The position numbers were made by a program, and so were the translations under genes. From an uncultured virus (IMG/VR IMGVR_UViG_3300042446_002147) (Duplodnaviria; Heunggongvirae; Uroviricota; Caudoviricetes), in the IMG/VR virus record IMGVR_UViG_3300042446_002147, positions 62,001-123,769 of that record: a stretch of DNA of 61,769 nucleotides. One strand, 5' to 3'. Below, piece after piece: positions 20,306 through 32,200 of this stretch; positions within the stretch are counted from its first letter, which is position 1; each line of letters begins with the position of its first letter. The notes under the pieces were generated by a model. It was not told the DNA's origin. It did not search any database and saw only the letters and a program-made list of their open reading frames with translations.

Positions 20306-21826
20306 TTATATAACATACCGTGAAACTAATCCTTTATACCAGTTTATTTCGCCTTGATCTATTTTATAGTTTTCTCCCTTTATAAGTTGGTTATCTTTAG
20401 TAAATTCGGGACTTTCAAAATATGAAATTAACTCTCCTGGTTTAATTGCCTCTATTTTATCAATACAATCGCTGTTAATTAATGTTATTTCAACGCTCTG
20501 ACCGTTCACTGTTTCATTTCCTGAGTGATAACCAGACATTCCGCAAATACTAGCTAATTTGTATTCTCTTTGGTCTATATCGCTATCGCTTTTATGGAAA
20601 AACTTAGTTCCTTTTTTTAGTGTTATTTTATAAACTGTTGGAAATAAATTTTGAGATAAATTCGGGATAGGCCTATCAGCATCTAATCCGAATCTCAAAT
20701 AGCAATAATAGAAAGCATATGGTATATTATTAGTTACATACATAACTTTTCCTGAAACCCTTTCCCTATATCCTCCTTCTTTATTGATAAGGTATGATAC
20801 ATTTTCTAAATTAAGATTATTAAAGTTTTGCCCAGAATAAACAATATTTCCACCAATTAATCCATCTTCACTTTTTATGGCCACTTTAGTATCTTCAGTT
20901 CCTATTTCAACATATTCCATTCCATTCACATAATCCAAATTATTCATTGTCATATCCAATGCCATCTCTGATATTGTTTTATCTTTCAGATTTTCCTCAG
21001 CCCATGTTAATAAGTCCATACCCCATCCCGAAATTTGAAAGTTGGGTTTATCTGGTATTATAGACATACCCCGTGACTTATTGAAGAGTTCTTCGTATCT
21101 ACTTTGGACTTTATCATAGAGTTCAACTGTATTTACAAATTCGCCCGAGTTCCATTCAAAGCTTTTTAATTTATGATTTAACTCAATAGTATAAGCCTTG
21201 AATCTCTTAAATATGTCTGTTTCTAATATTTTTTTGTTTCCATCAGAAGCATTAAATTTATCTATAAAAGCATATGTGTCTCTGTTCTTAAAATTAGGAC
21301 TCCCGTCGATACAGCTAAAGAATTTATTAAACTCTTCTTTTTTTGATTCAAAATCATTTTTTATAAATGAAGAAATTTTGTTATATTTAGCGACATCTTC
21401 ATTATATTTTTCTAACTCTTTAGTTAGTTTATTTTTTTGAACTACTTCTTTTATATTATCATATTCTCTAATTATGTATTGATAGAGTGAGCTAATATAC
21501 ATAATTAGATATTCGGCATCATCTGATGATATTTCTCCTAGTTCTGAATACCAATCACCTGAATCGAGTATGGTTTTAAATTTCTCACGTAACCTAATAG
21601 CTATGTTCGAGCCTCCTTGATTATTTTTATCTATTTTTTGCTGTAGTCTATCGGAAAATTCTTTCTTTTCTTCGTCATTTAATCCCTCGTAAATGTCTCT
21701 TAATAGCTTTACCTGAGCATTTATTTCTTTTCTATCGGCTCCGGTAAAGCTCCTAGCTATTTTACTAAAAATGCCTTCATTAACATTACTATCGATAAAA
21801 TCATTAAAACTTTTTATTCTTTTCAT
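20306..21826 (-). CDS. Hypothetical protein with capsid-targeting-like N-terminus and ADP-ribosyltransferase-like C-terminal domain
   Basis: Starts MKRIKSFNDFIDSNVNEG; helical middle; C-terminal VYSG...GKVMYVTNNIPYAFYY...VYKITL...GYHSG...VEITLIN. Confidence 0.5.
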   Translation of the reverse strand: MKRIKSFNDFIDSNVNEGIFSKIARSFTGADRKEINAQVKLLRDIYEGLNDEEKKEFSDRLQQKIDKNNQGGSNIAIRLREKFKTILDSGDWYSELGEISSDDAEYLIMYISSLYQYIIREYDNIKEVVQKNKLTKELEKYNEDVAKYNKISSFIKNDFESKKEEFNKFFSCIDGSPNFKNRDTYAFIDKFNASDGNKKILETDIFKRFKAYTIELNHKLKSFEWNSGEFVNTVELYDKVQSRYEELFNKSRGMSIIPDKPNFQISGWGMDLLTWAEENLKDKTISEMALDMTMNNLDYVNGMEYVEIGTEDTKVAIKSEDGLIGGNIVYSGQNFNNLNLENVSYLINKEGGYRERVSGKVMYVTNNIPYAFYYCYLRFGLDADRPIPNLSQNLFPTVYKITLKKGTKFFHKSDSDIDQREYKLASICGMSGYHSGNETVNGQSVEITLINSDCIDKIEAIKPGELISYFESPEFTKDNQLIKGENYKIDQGEINWYKGLVSRYVI

Positions 21827-21835
21827 CTAAAATAA

Positions 21836-22537
21836 TTATAAAGTGTATTCCCTATAAACCTCTAGCATTGCGGGTACAATAGGGTGTCTATGGTTTTTCT
21901 TAAGAGTTATCACATTAACCCCTTCAACTCTTGCAGCAAGGGTATTCATAAAGTCAAGCCCGGAGTCTTTTTTATTTTTTAAATCTATTTGAGATGTGTC
22001 TCCACATATTATCATTTTAGAACCAATTCCAAGTCTTCCTAGTACCATTTCCATTTGGCTCATTGTTACGTTTTGAGCTTCATCTACAATCACACAAGAA
22101 TTAACTAGAGTTCTACCTCTCATGAAGGGGAAAGGTAAAATTTCTATAATTCCTTCACTAAGTAATTTTTCAATTTTAGTTTTGTCATAGACCATTTCTA
22201 AATTAGCGTAGATAGGAGCTAACCATGGATCCATTTTTTCTTTTAAATCCCCTGGAAGAAATCCTATATCCTCTTTTGCTACTGTGGGTCTAGTAATAAC
22301 TAGCTTTTCAATCTCCCTATTAAATAGCATATCTAGAGCTATTTGCACTGCTAGAAGCGTTTTACCTGATCCAGCTGCTCCTTTAAGAACACTAACTGGA
22401 TTGGCCAAAATAATAGCTTTAGCTTCTTTTTGCTCTTCGTTTAGATTAATTTTAAATTTAATAGGATTTTTAGGTTTCCTTTTTTGAGTCCAATTGCTTC
22501 CTGTAGTCATAGATTTTTTATTTTTTTTAAGAAACAT
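21836..22537 (-). CDS. phoH: PhoH-like ATPase
   Basis: GAAGSGKT, GFLPGDLKEKMDPW, FMRGRTL, VDEAQN, GDTSQIDL, RHPIV. The true start is probably the ATG at 22510. Confidence 0.95.
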   Translation of the reverse strand: MFLKKNKKSMTTGSNWTQKRKPKNPIKFKINLNEEQKEAKAIILANPVSVLKGAAGSGKTLLAVQIALDMLFNREIEKLVITRPTVAKEDIGFLPGDLKEKMDPWLAPIYANLEMVYDKTKIEKLLSEGIIEILPFPFMRGRTLVNSCVIVDEAQNVTMSQMEMVLGRLGIGSKMIICGDTSQIDLKNKKDSGLDFMNTLAARVEGVNVITLKKNHRHPIVPAMLEVYREYTL

Positions 22538-22593
22538 ATTCTATGTTTCTTTCTTTAATGATTGTCCTGTCTTTTTCTATTGTAAGTAATACA

Positions 22594-22602
22594 GGATATA
22601 TA
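22594..22602 (+). promoter_or_regulatory. Putative late-promoter motif GGATATATA
   Basis: Heads the structural operon starting at 22622. Confidence 0.6.
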
Positions 22603-22621
22603 TCAAAAAAAGGAAAATCAA

Positions 22622-23545
22622 ATGGCAATCACAATTACTGAAATTCTTGGAACCGATTCAATTTCAGGTTCTAGATTAACTATCAATGCTAACTTTTTGT
22701 TGCTTGAGAATGCTTATAATGATTTAGAAAACACATTTAATATAAACGTGTTGACTGGATCACTTGACGTATCTAGCGCAACAAATGGGCAAATTAAAGC
22801 AAAATCATTACTGGCTAACAGCTTAGTTATGCCTGCTTCTGGTTCACCTACTATACAACTATATGGAACAGGAGCTAGTGGAGGTTACATTATAGCTTCT
22901 AGCACAGTTGTAGGAGCTACTGGTATATTCTCTAATGTTCTACAATCAAACACTTTATCTGCTTCAGGAACAGCTACATTTGGAGCTACTGCAACATTTA
23001 ATAGTGTGCTAAATGTGGAAGGAAGAATGAGTATCGGAGCGTCCGGTAATTTTGTTAACACTAACAGAAAAGCCACCGTGGGTTCTTCTACTGCTTTTCC
23101 TAATACACCAGGAGCAGGTGTTACTGGAACTTACTCAACCCCTTACCAATTAACTTTAACGGAAAATGTTATTTATATACAATCAAATTATGTTTCGAGT
23201 GCGTCAGCTGATGCTGGATTTACTACAGGTTTTTTCTTTTACGCTACAACAGGCGCTGGAGCAACTGCTTCTGATATTCCTGCAGGTTATACTGTAACAT
23301 TAGTCGACACAGCAACTTCCGCAGGAAAAATTGCTACTGGAGTTACTGGGGGTACTTCTCCTTATTATACTGGATTTTCAACTGGTGGAAGTGAAGGTGA
23401 TTACACGGATCCTTTTATACAAACATCGGGAAATCCTTATAAAACATCATTAACTATTATGTGGGAGCCAAGAATAGGTCAATCAGGAGCTTCACAAAAA
23501 GGATCTTGGGTGGTTGTTAACTCTACATCTGGATTTACATTCTAA
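22622..23545 (+). CDS. Virion structural protein (Gly/Ser/Thr/Ala-rich)
   Basis: N-terminal ILGTDSISGSRLTINANF resembles baseplate/fibre attachment N-termini; preceded by GGATATATA. Confidence 0.6.
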   Translation: MAITITEILGTDSISGSRLTINANFLLLENAYNDLENTFNINVLTGSLDVSSATNGQIKAKSLLANSLVMPASGSPTIQLYGTGASGGYIIASSTVVGATGIFSNVLQSNTLSASGTATFGATATFNSVLNVEGRMSIGASGNFVNTNRKATVGSSTAFPNTPGAGVTGTYSTPYQLTLTENVIYIQSNYVSSASADAGFTTGFFFYATTGAGATASDIPAGYTVTLVDTATSAGKIATGVTGGTSPYYTGFSTGGSEGDYTDPFIQTSGNPYKTSLTIMWEPRIGQSGASQKGSWVVVNSTSGFTF

Positions 23546-23561
23546 TTAAGAAAAATAATCA

Positions 23562-25742
23562 ATGGCAAAAACACCTTATATAAGACCGATAGCAGTTCAG
23601 GGGGGTACATTTTATACCTTCTCTTCTGCTGCAGAAGATCTCACATTAACATTTAATAATTCATTAAAGAAATTTAGTTTTTCTAAGTATGCTCTTTTGA
23701 AGATTCCTGAAATGGGATCTCCGACATATAAAGAAAACACTTTGCAATTTAATGCCATTGATACAACTTTTCTTGATGCAGCTTCTGGTAATTTCGTGTT
23801 AACAAACCCTAATAATCTTAGTCCTTCTCCTGAAATTTCATTTCAGAATTATTGTTTAAATTTAGAATCTACTGTTATCTCGGATCCTAATTACAATGCA
23901 GAATTAAAAAGAAACGTTTCTGAAAGAATTTTTTGGAAATGGATAAAAGAATTAGGGGGTGTTAGATACAGATCAGCAAATACAAATGAGGTAGTAGCTT
24001 CTTTAAACCAGACTACAACCACAACGGTTAATGGGTTTCCTTACTCAGATAAAAGATGGGTAGAAGAAGACACATTATTAACTGGCAATGGTACACCAAC
24101 TCCTAGATATGAAAGAATAGTACAATATATTGGTGATATTGATGTGGTAAACTCTGTACAAAATACGGATAATGCTTATTCGGAGGTTTATATTCATGTG
24201 CCAACAGGAGACGGAGGAACACCATATGTTCTATTTAAAACTGTTGCTGATGAGAATTATTATCCCGATAGAACATTTACACATTTACCTCCAGATCCTT
24301 TAGACACTGAATATCTTCAAGGAAGAGATTCGGCTTCAGGTTTATATGGCCCTAACGGATTACCTAAATTGGCTATATTCGATCAAGACGTTTTAGGAGA
24401 ACCTGGTGTCACTGGAATATCTGCAACTGGTACATTTTTAAGTAATTGGTATTCACCTAGAGATGAGGCTAATTCTTATTTTACTGATCCTAGTTTCTTT
24501 GACAATAGCAATTATACATTGGAAAAATATGTATCTACTGCACCTGCTGGATATAGTGTAAATTATAAAAGAAGTAACCTAGATGGAGTACAAATTGATT
24601 TTGAACCATCGTCTTATAAAGCCATTCAAAATTATGTAGGGATTTCTACAATAGAAGAATGGAACGGAACTCCCACTACAACTTCTTTTGAATTTAATGC
24701 AGTTCTTGTTTATTATGATGTTTACGATCCTAATAACCCAACAGATTCAGAAACAAATCTTTATGGTATTTTATTCTTAAATGATCCTGAGCCTGTTTCT
24801 ATTAATGCAGCTAAATTCCCCAATTTCAAGAAATTTAAGCCGGATCCTATTACTAAATTAAATGGTAATTCTTACGGATTCAAAATAAATCTTAAGTTTG
24901 ATACTGATGTGGAAAGCACAGGAGTAGAGCAAGCAATAAACGATTATTCTTCATTCTCGCTTTCTATCTTTATGGATGCAGCTACTGTTTTACAGGATGC
25001 AGCTAAGAATCTTAATGATAGAACATTAGAGATAATGGGAATGCAGGATCAAATTACTGCATTGACAGATCTTATTATTAATACAGACGATAGCACAGAT
25101 ATAAAATTAAGATTAGATACAGTTGAAAAATCATTACAAGCAAATCAAGCTCTTTTTGATAACACTCAAGATATCTTAAGTTTAATTGAAAGAAATAGCG
25201 ATACTATACAAAATATATTACAGAATCAGACATCTATAAATATGACTTATAACCTTGACCTTCTAAAAGATGGTGATGGTACTTTTGTTGATAGATCAAC
25301 TCCTAATATATTAAAAGTTGATGTTACACAGCAAGATTATAATATAGGAACTAATTCTTTATTTACTATTAATCCTGTTGCTGGTAACACAGTATCACTT
25401 CAACTTTACACTAATTACCTTAAGCATAAAAATAATGGATTATCTATAACAGCAAATAATGATATTGTTATTAAGATAGATGATACCACAAACAAATGGC
25501 AAAAGGGACAAGTTCTAAGATTAGTAATAGGTGATGATATAGATTTGGGTGTTTATTCATTGGTTATTTTAACTGATGCTTTAGGGGAATATCCAAAAGG
25601 AACTCCTTCAGGAGTACCTTATTCTAGTGTAGTTGCAGGATTTATAAATATTCAATTTCAAAATGCTTCTTACAAACCTATCTTTGATATTGTTTGTGTA
25701 GATGATAAAAATCTAATATTTGAAGTGGACCAAATAAAATAA
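23562..25742 (+). CDS. Virion structural protein (726 aa)
   Basis: Long ORF in the structural operon with a coiled-coil near the C-terminus. Confidence 0.55.
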   Translation: MAKTPYIRPIAVQGGTFYTFSSAAEDLTLTFNNSLKKFSFSKYALLKIPEMGSPTYKENTLQFNAIDTTFLDAASGNFVLTNPNNLSPSPEISFQNYCLNLESTVISDPNYNAELKRNVSERIFWKWIKELGGVRYRSANTNEVVASLNQTTTTTVNGFPYSDKRWVEEDTLLTGNGTPTPRYERIVQYIGDIDVVNSVQNTDNAYSEVYIHVPTGDGGTPYVLFKTVADENYYPDRTFTHLPPDPLDTEYLQGRDSASGLYGPNGLPKLAIFDQDVLGEPGVTGISATGTFLSNWYSPRDEANSYFTDPSFFDNSNYTLEKYVSTAPAGYSVNYKRSNLDGVQIDFEPSSYKAIQNYVGISTIEEWNGTPTTTSFEFNAVLVYYDVYDPNNPTDSETNLYGILFLNDPEPVSINAAKFPNFKKFKPDPITKLNGNSYGFKINLKFDTDVESTGVEQAINDYSSFSLSIFMDAATVLQDAAKNLNDRTLEIMGMQDQITALTDLIINTDDSTDIKLRLDTVEKSLQANQALFDNTQDILSLIERNSDTIQNILQNQTSINMTYNLDLLKDGDGTFVDRSTPNILKVDVTQQDYNIGTNSLFTINPVAGNTVSLQLYTNYLKHKNNGLSITANNDIVIKIDDTTNKWQKGQVLRLVIGDDIDLGVYSLVILTDALGEYPKGTPSGVPYSSVVAGFINIQFQNASYKPIFDIVCVDDKNLIFEVDQIK

Positions 25743-25748
25743 GATAAA

Positions 25749-28700
25749 ATGTCAAACACAAAAAATTCATTCTCTTCTTTAATAGCTCAATTTTTAAGGC
25801 TTCAAAAGAATTCTTTAGAAATCATAAATAAATTGAATGATGTTGCGACATCATCTAAAGATTCTGTTCAAATTGAATTTTTAATGGACGATAACACTTC
25901 AGAGAATATTCAAATACCTTCTTATGGATTTTTAAAATCTGAGATTAATAGAATTGATAAAAATGTATTAGCACTTTCTGGGTTAGAAGACACTACAGCA
26001 AATATTAGAAAATCTGATGGCACTGTTTCTAAGATATATCAGGCTAATATATTAAAGGATCCTTTATCACCAGGAAGTCTTCAAGTACCTGGTACATTTC
26101 AAGCTAGAAATAATTGGTTTTTTGAATCATTTTTAAATCCGCTTCTTTATGTTTCTATTGATGTAGAGAATCAGATCCCAGTAAATTCTGAAAATGTTTA
26201 CGTAAAAAGAATTATAGCTAACACTCAAACTGATGTGCAAAAAGCATATTTCGATGCTAATTTAAAAGGAAGAAATGATATTACTGATTCTGATTTTATT
26301 GATTCATTAAAAAGCCAGGGAATTCAATATTTTACTGATGAGCAAATAAATGAATTAGAATTAAGAACAATAAGATATATTGGATCTTTTGGAGTACTTA
26401 GAATTTATGATGAAGAAACTCAGGTAACAGAAAATGGTATCACATCAACTAATACTGTTAGAAAATATAAGTTAACCACATTAAGATATACAGATACTTT
26501 AGCAACATCAACAGATTCTAGAACCCTAACAAAAGGTGACACTTTAATGACATCTGGGGGAACTAAATATGAAATAACATCAATTGACACTACTAATCAA
26601 ACATTATCTCTAAAAAGATTATTTGGATTTGAAGCAATAAAAATAGGAGATAATGCTCTTACAATTTATTCTAATGTTTTATCTGATAGAATGGTAGATG
26701 TTAATGTGGGATTTGATGAAAGACAAGCTATTTTTATTAAATCTATTGATGGCGATTTTAATGTTGCATCTAGTAAATATAGTCCTGGTGTTTGTTTCTT
26801 GTCTAATGAATTACAAATAAACACATCCGATGGTGTTAAGACATTATCCGAATTCTATTCTTCACAAGTTTCGGATTTTAGTAAGATCTTTATTTCTTCT
26901 GCTAAAGAGAATGTTATTCCTGCAGTTTATGGACAAACCCCTTCTGCTCCTGTAGTTTCTCCTGGAAACTTTAAGGTAGTTAAAGTGAATTCACAGATAA
27001 CAGATTCTAAAGAAAATGTAGATTTTAAAGATAAGATTAAAATTAAAACATCTTTAAAAAATGAAATAGGTTCAATAGACAGAGCAATAGATCAGACAAG
27101 AAAACAACTTTCTGAACTAACTACAACTTCTAAAGGGAAAACACCTACTGCTGAATACAAGAAATTAAACGATAAGATCACTTCATTAGGCAAAGATAAA
27201 CAAATCAGAACAGATTTATTAGCTACTACAATTACCGAAGTTAATAATCTAACTATTGCAGCACCTGAATTAACGGAGGCTCCTAAATATAGAGTCAGAG
27301 GATTTTGGCCTATACCTGAGCCAATTATTGATTCTAAAACGGGAGAACAGAATATTGTTCAATTTAATGTGAGATACAGATACCTTTCATTAACAGGAAA
27401 TTCTAATGGTACAACTCAGATTGATTATGTAGACAATAATGGGGTACAAAAGACTGGACAATTTACAAATTGGACACAGTTTACAAGCGATTTAAGAAAG
27501 AAAGTATATGATTCTAATACTGGAACATATGTTTGGCAAATTGAAGATGTTAGTGATGCTAATACGGTAAATATAAATCAATTAGATATTGCTATAACCA
27601 AAGGAGAAAAGGTTGAAATACAAGTTCAATCTATATCTGAAGCTGGTTGGCCCACTAATCCTTTGACTTCTGATTGGTCAACTTCTGCTATAGTAGAATT
27701 CCCTGCTAATTTGGTTGTGTCAATAGACAACGGTGCTTTTATAGCACAAAATAGTATGGATCAGGCTGTAGTTAAAGTACAGGAGGATTTACAAGCTAAA
27801 GGATTAGACCAACATTTATCTACACAGTTTACATCTGGTGATAAATTTTATGCTCATAATTCATCTGCTATTGCATCAGGATTCTTTGATGGAGCAGGAA
27901 AAGCATTAGATTTATTTCAGAAGTTAACTCAAATTGATAATGAATTACAATCATTAAGAGCATTAGTAGCTAAAGCAAAAGGCACTTTAGGTGTTTATAT
28001 AAGAAGCGGTGGTACCTCTAATAAGATTAATCCTGGTAGTACAGTTAATTTATTTGCTGGATATTATGATCAATTAATAGATCTTTCAAATCCAGGTAAT
28101 AAAGGTAAAATAGCATCTGTGATTTATTACTTAGAATTAAGAAATGAAGCTGCTACGCCTTTAGAACTTTCTTCTTTAATACCTGGAGGACAAGGAGTTA
28201 AAGCACCTATCACAATAAGCGGACAGAACGATTATAACAATAACAGAAAATACGGAGAAACGCCAATTCAATTATCGGGTATTAACTCTGCTAATGTTGA
28301 TGTTAATACACCGGGAGCATTTATACAAGCATCAGGATATCAAAGTGGTAATGCCTATTCACAATTTGTTTACACTAGGTATAAGAGTGTGGGATTAGGC
28401 GAGAATCTTTATTTTATTCCACCTACGGGTTTAATATGGAATAGTACTCAAGGTACTGCTGATGGCGCATCACAATTACCTATAAATAATGATGGTATAC
28501 TTATGCCTTTTGAGCAACCAGGAGCTCCTACAGGAGCTGGTGCTAATGCTAATATTTGGAGCGGAACTTATACTTCAGCTTTACCTGATGGAAATGGTAG
28601 TCTAAATGAATTCTGTGTACATATATCGCATCCAGATATCAATGATGCATCTTCCAGTTCTTTTTCTAATTTAGAAAGACCATTAGTAATTGGATCTGGA

Positions 28701-29246
28701 ACTATGGCTTATCCTGCATTCAGACATGCTTTAGGATTTGAGACTGACACTAATATAACATCTTCTTTATCAACAAGTTTACAAACACTTTCTACTCAAC
28801 AATTAGAATACTATCCAGCTAATTCGGCATCAGCATTTGGTATTGACGATAATGCTTATCCTAATAAATTAGGATTTATAGATTCTGATGAGTTCTTATG
28901 TGGTAAGTACTCTTGCGGATCTTATTTATTTATAGCACCAACCTCACACACTGCAATACAAATAGAAGGATCAACACAGTTAGCTAAAAAGACATTAGAG
29001 TTTGGACAAGAAAACGCAATAACAGTTCCTTTAATTTTTCAAATGAGAGCTCAAGATAAATTAGGATTTATTGGAGGATGGAGAAATGCTGGTAACCTTA
29101 AAAATATCACATACAGTAAAAAAATAGGAATAGATATACAAGTAAGAAACGAGGATTTATTTTCTCTTGACGTTCTTGTAACCGGAAGCTATACTAAAAC
29201 TTCGTTAGTTTCTCCAGCTTATTCACAAAGTAATCAAACTATTTAA
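25749..29246 (+). CDS. Virion structural protein (1165 aa)
   Basis: Long ORF with a central coiled-coil and beta-rich domains, operonic with its neighbours. Confidence 0.55.
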   Translation: MSNTKNSFSSLIAQFLRLQKNSLEIINKLNDVATSSKDSVQIEFLMDDNTSENIQIPSYGFLKSEINRIDKNVLALSGLEDTTANIRKSDGTVSKIYQANILKDPLSPGSLQVPGTFQARNNWFFESFLNPLLYVSIDVENQIPVNSENVYVKRIIANTQTDVQKAYFDANLKGRNDITDSDFIDSLKSQGIQYFTDEQINELELRTIRYIGSFGVLRIYDEETQVTENGITSTNTVRKYKLTTLRYTDTLATSTDSRTLTKGDTLMTSGGTKYEITSIDTTNQTLSLKRLFGFEAIKIGDNALTIYSNVLSDRMVDVNVGFDERQAIFIKSIDGDFNVASSKYSPGVCFLSNELQINTSDGVKTLSEFYSSQVSDFSKIFISSAKENVIPAVYGQTPSAPVVSPGNFKVVKVNSQITDSKENVDFKDKIKIKTSLKNEIGSIDRAIDQTRKQLSELTTTSKGKTPTAEYKKLNDKITSLGKDKQIRTDLLATTITEVNNLTIAAPELTEAPKYRVRGFWPIPEPIIDSKTGEQNIVQFNVRYRYLSLTGNSNGTTQIDYVDNNGVQKTGQFTNWTQFTSDLRKKVYDSNTGTYVWQIEDVSDANTVNINQLDIAITKGEKVEIQVQSISEAGWPTNPLTSDWSTSAIVEFPANLVVSIDNGAFIAQNSMDQAVVKVQEDLQAKGLDQHLSTQFTSGDKFYAHNSSAIASGFFDGAGKALDLFQKLTQIDNELQSLRALVAKAKGTLGVYIRSGGTSNKINPGSTVNLFAGYYDQLIDLSNPGNKGKIASVIYYLELRNEAATPLELSSLIPGGQGVKAPITISGQNDYNNNRKYGETPIQLSGINSANVDVNTPGAFIQASGYQSGNAYSQFVYTRYKSVGLGENLYFIPPTGLIWNSTQGTADGASQLPINNDGILMPFEQPGAPTGAGANANIWSGTYTSALPDGNGSLNEFCVHISHPDINDASSSSFSNLERPLVIGSGTMAYPAFRHALGFETDTNITSSLSTSLQTLSTQQLEYYPANSASAFGIDDNAYPNKLGFIDSDEFLCGKYSCGSYLFIAPTSHTAIQIEGSTQLAKKTLEFGQENAITVPLIFQMRAQDKLGFIGGWRNAGNLKNITYSKKIGIDIQVRNEDLFSLDVLVTGSYTKTSLVSPAYSQSNQTI

Positions 29247-29249
29247 TAA

Positions 29250-32200
29250 GTGGCTAGAAAAATAATAAAACAGACCTCATCTTTTGGGGTACTTAGAGCA
29301 AATCCTAGAATATCTGGTAATGTTAAAATAACCGTGGATTCTAGTAAAGGGATCTGGCTTAATTCGATAGATTCTAATTCGGAAATGTCTAATAGTGCTT
29401 ATAAAGGATTTAGTATATCACCGGATTCATCATTTGATAAGGATTTATATAGATTTTTTGACGAGGGGAAGACTCCACCGCAATTTGTTTTTGGACTTAT
29501 TGGAGAAGAAGAACCTGTACAAAATCAAACAAATGATCTATCAAGTGTATACAATTTCTTTTATAGCTCAGGTGTATCACCTTTAGCTTCTGATAGATAT
29601 TCGGAAGATTTCACTTATCTTGCACCTTTATGGATAGGTGAGGATATTCCTGATCATTTTGTTATATTCAAAGTGAATGATCCTATAGATTATTCTTATA
29701 AGATACCAGTTACATCTTTAGTAGTGGGAAAATTATATAAAGTATTACAAGACACAACAGTAGATGCTACTGCTCCTGGTTACTTACCTTATAAAATATC
29801 AAGTAATACTGTTACATATACGGACGGAAATGTTTTTACTGCTGCATCTACATTATTTAATGTTACACAAGGAAGCGGAACAGTGATATTATTAGATTCT
29901 TCTTATAATATAAGCTCCGTAGAGGACACAGAAAACCATTTCTATGATAAGATCTTACCTAAGGCTACAATAGTGTCTACGTTCGATCTCACTGAAGATT
30001 CTGATATTGGTAAATATTTAAGAAAAATAAAAACAACTCCAGGATATACGGAGAATTTAATAGACGCAAGATTTGAAGATAATCAATTAACTACATTTAA
30101 TGGGGTTAATTATAATGTTGGTATATTCGATAAAAAAGGTGATTATCTTTTTGATTATTATGAAAATGCAGAAACACAAATAGGATTTGAGGATTTTATA
30201 ACTAATGGATTTAGAAATAATGGAATTCTTAGTTATAAACTATTAAATATGGAATTCCTATTTAATGATACAGACTCGGAAAATTACACCATAAATAGAT
30301 ATTTTGGTCTTTATGTTAATGCTCCAGAGTTAGCTAAATTTAAACTTGATGGGGATTCACTATTTAAAAGTCTTGGATCTTCAGGAAATACACCAATCCC
30401 AGATAGAAATGATAAGGGATATTATAGCCAAGAAAATAGTTATTTCCAATACAACGACAATGGTGTTAGAATTTATATAGATCCCAATTATATCACTGGT
30501 GTTCTTCCAAATTCTGATGATGTAAACATTTTAGAGCAAACCAAATTATTTTGGATAAAAGATAAGAATGGAAATTTTCATTCATTAAAGAGAGAAATAG
30601 ATTATGGAATAACTTCTCCGACTTCTTCTTATACAACTTATGGATTAGGTCCAACAGAGAATGAATTAGTTATACAAGATGTTTCTTTAGATCTTAGTTT
30701 ACTTACTGGTAAAGATGATTCAACAAAGAAACAATATAAAGCAGTAAGCACGGGGGAAAAAGGAAGAGGATATTCAGTAATAAGAATTGGCGGAACGTTA
30801 ACAAACAACAATGAAAATTGTTTCTTATTTTATAATCCATTAGGAGCTTATGGAGTTCCTGGTTCTAAATATGATATACTTAGAGCTTCTGATATGTCAT
30901 CGATTGTAGATGAATGGGGTCCTGGAAGTTTTTATTCTCAAGATAGCACATACTATTATCATGCAGGAGGAACAAAAGAAGATATAGCAAAAGCATTATC
31001 GGGATTATTAAACAGTTTTAATTATAATTCATTTGAAGCATTTGAATCTGGTGATGAATTAGTAATAAGAACTAAAGCAACAGGTACACAGGAAAATAAT
31101 AAATATTATCTTGACTTCTTTTTAAATCTGTCAACTAATCAAAGAATGCCAGATTCACAAAGAGGTATCGTTTTTATAAACGAGAAAGATGCCTGTGATA
31201 TAAACCAAAAGCAATCTTTTGTTGGAGGATCTAATTATTCTAATACTAGAATAAAAGTTAAAATAGAAGATGCAAATAAAATAGAAGTTGGTAAAACTTT
31301 TATTGACACAGTAAAAAATACATCAACCGATTCTTTTAGCGGATTATCAACATATTCTAATAAGTCTTCATCTGTAGTTATAGGTAAGTATAGGTTCATT
31401 GATCAATATTCTAAAGATGAAAAAGGAGAGATTATAGGAATTAAAGACTTTGAAACTCATGCAACTTTAGAGATTAAGAATTTCACAGAAACTGTAGCCA
31501 TTGGCTCATCTGGAGATATCTCTGCATTTAATACATACGATATACCTTTAGGAGTATTCTCATTCTACGGTCTAAGAGAGATTGATATGGATTTTTGGTC
31601 AAGTCAATATGGCTATACACCCACTGAGGAATATTATAAATACTTAGATGTTCAGCCTTCTGGAGTTACTAAAATAATTCCAGGTAAAACATATTTTGTA
31701 TCTAATGGAGCAGAAATAACATACGGGGCTTCATCTATAAATGGTCCTGATTTCTTTGAAGGTATTGCAGGAAATGAAGAATATACTCTGGTTACTTCCT
31801 CTACAGGAGCAGAGTCTAATGTTTTTCCTACATTATCATCAAGAGGTCTTATAACATCAGGAATAACGGGAAGTAATTTTGATTATACTTTCTATCCAGA
31901 CCTAGATGCTTTCCCTGGATTTTATGGGATACAATCTCTACAATTTATTAATAATACTAATGGTATTGATACTAAATATGATGTATTAAATTTTGGTAAA
32001 TTAGACTCTGAATATGATTACACTCAAGATAATTATAATCCTGAATTTGCTTTAAAAAGTAGGGTAAGTCCTTATATAACAAAATGGGTTTATAACGGAG
32101 GAACAGATATTAGAGGAAATGGATACAGACTAAATTCAAATATTGCTTTTAGTCCTCTAAATTTCTCACCAAGCTTTTTTAAAAGATCGCAAGATCCACA

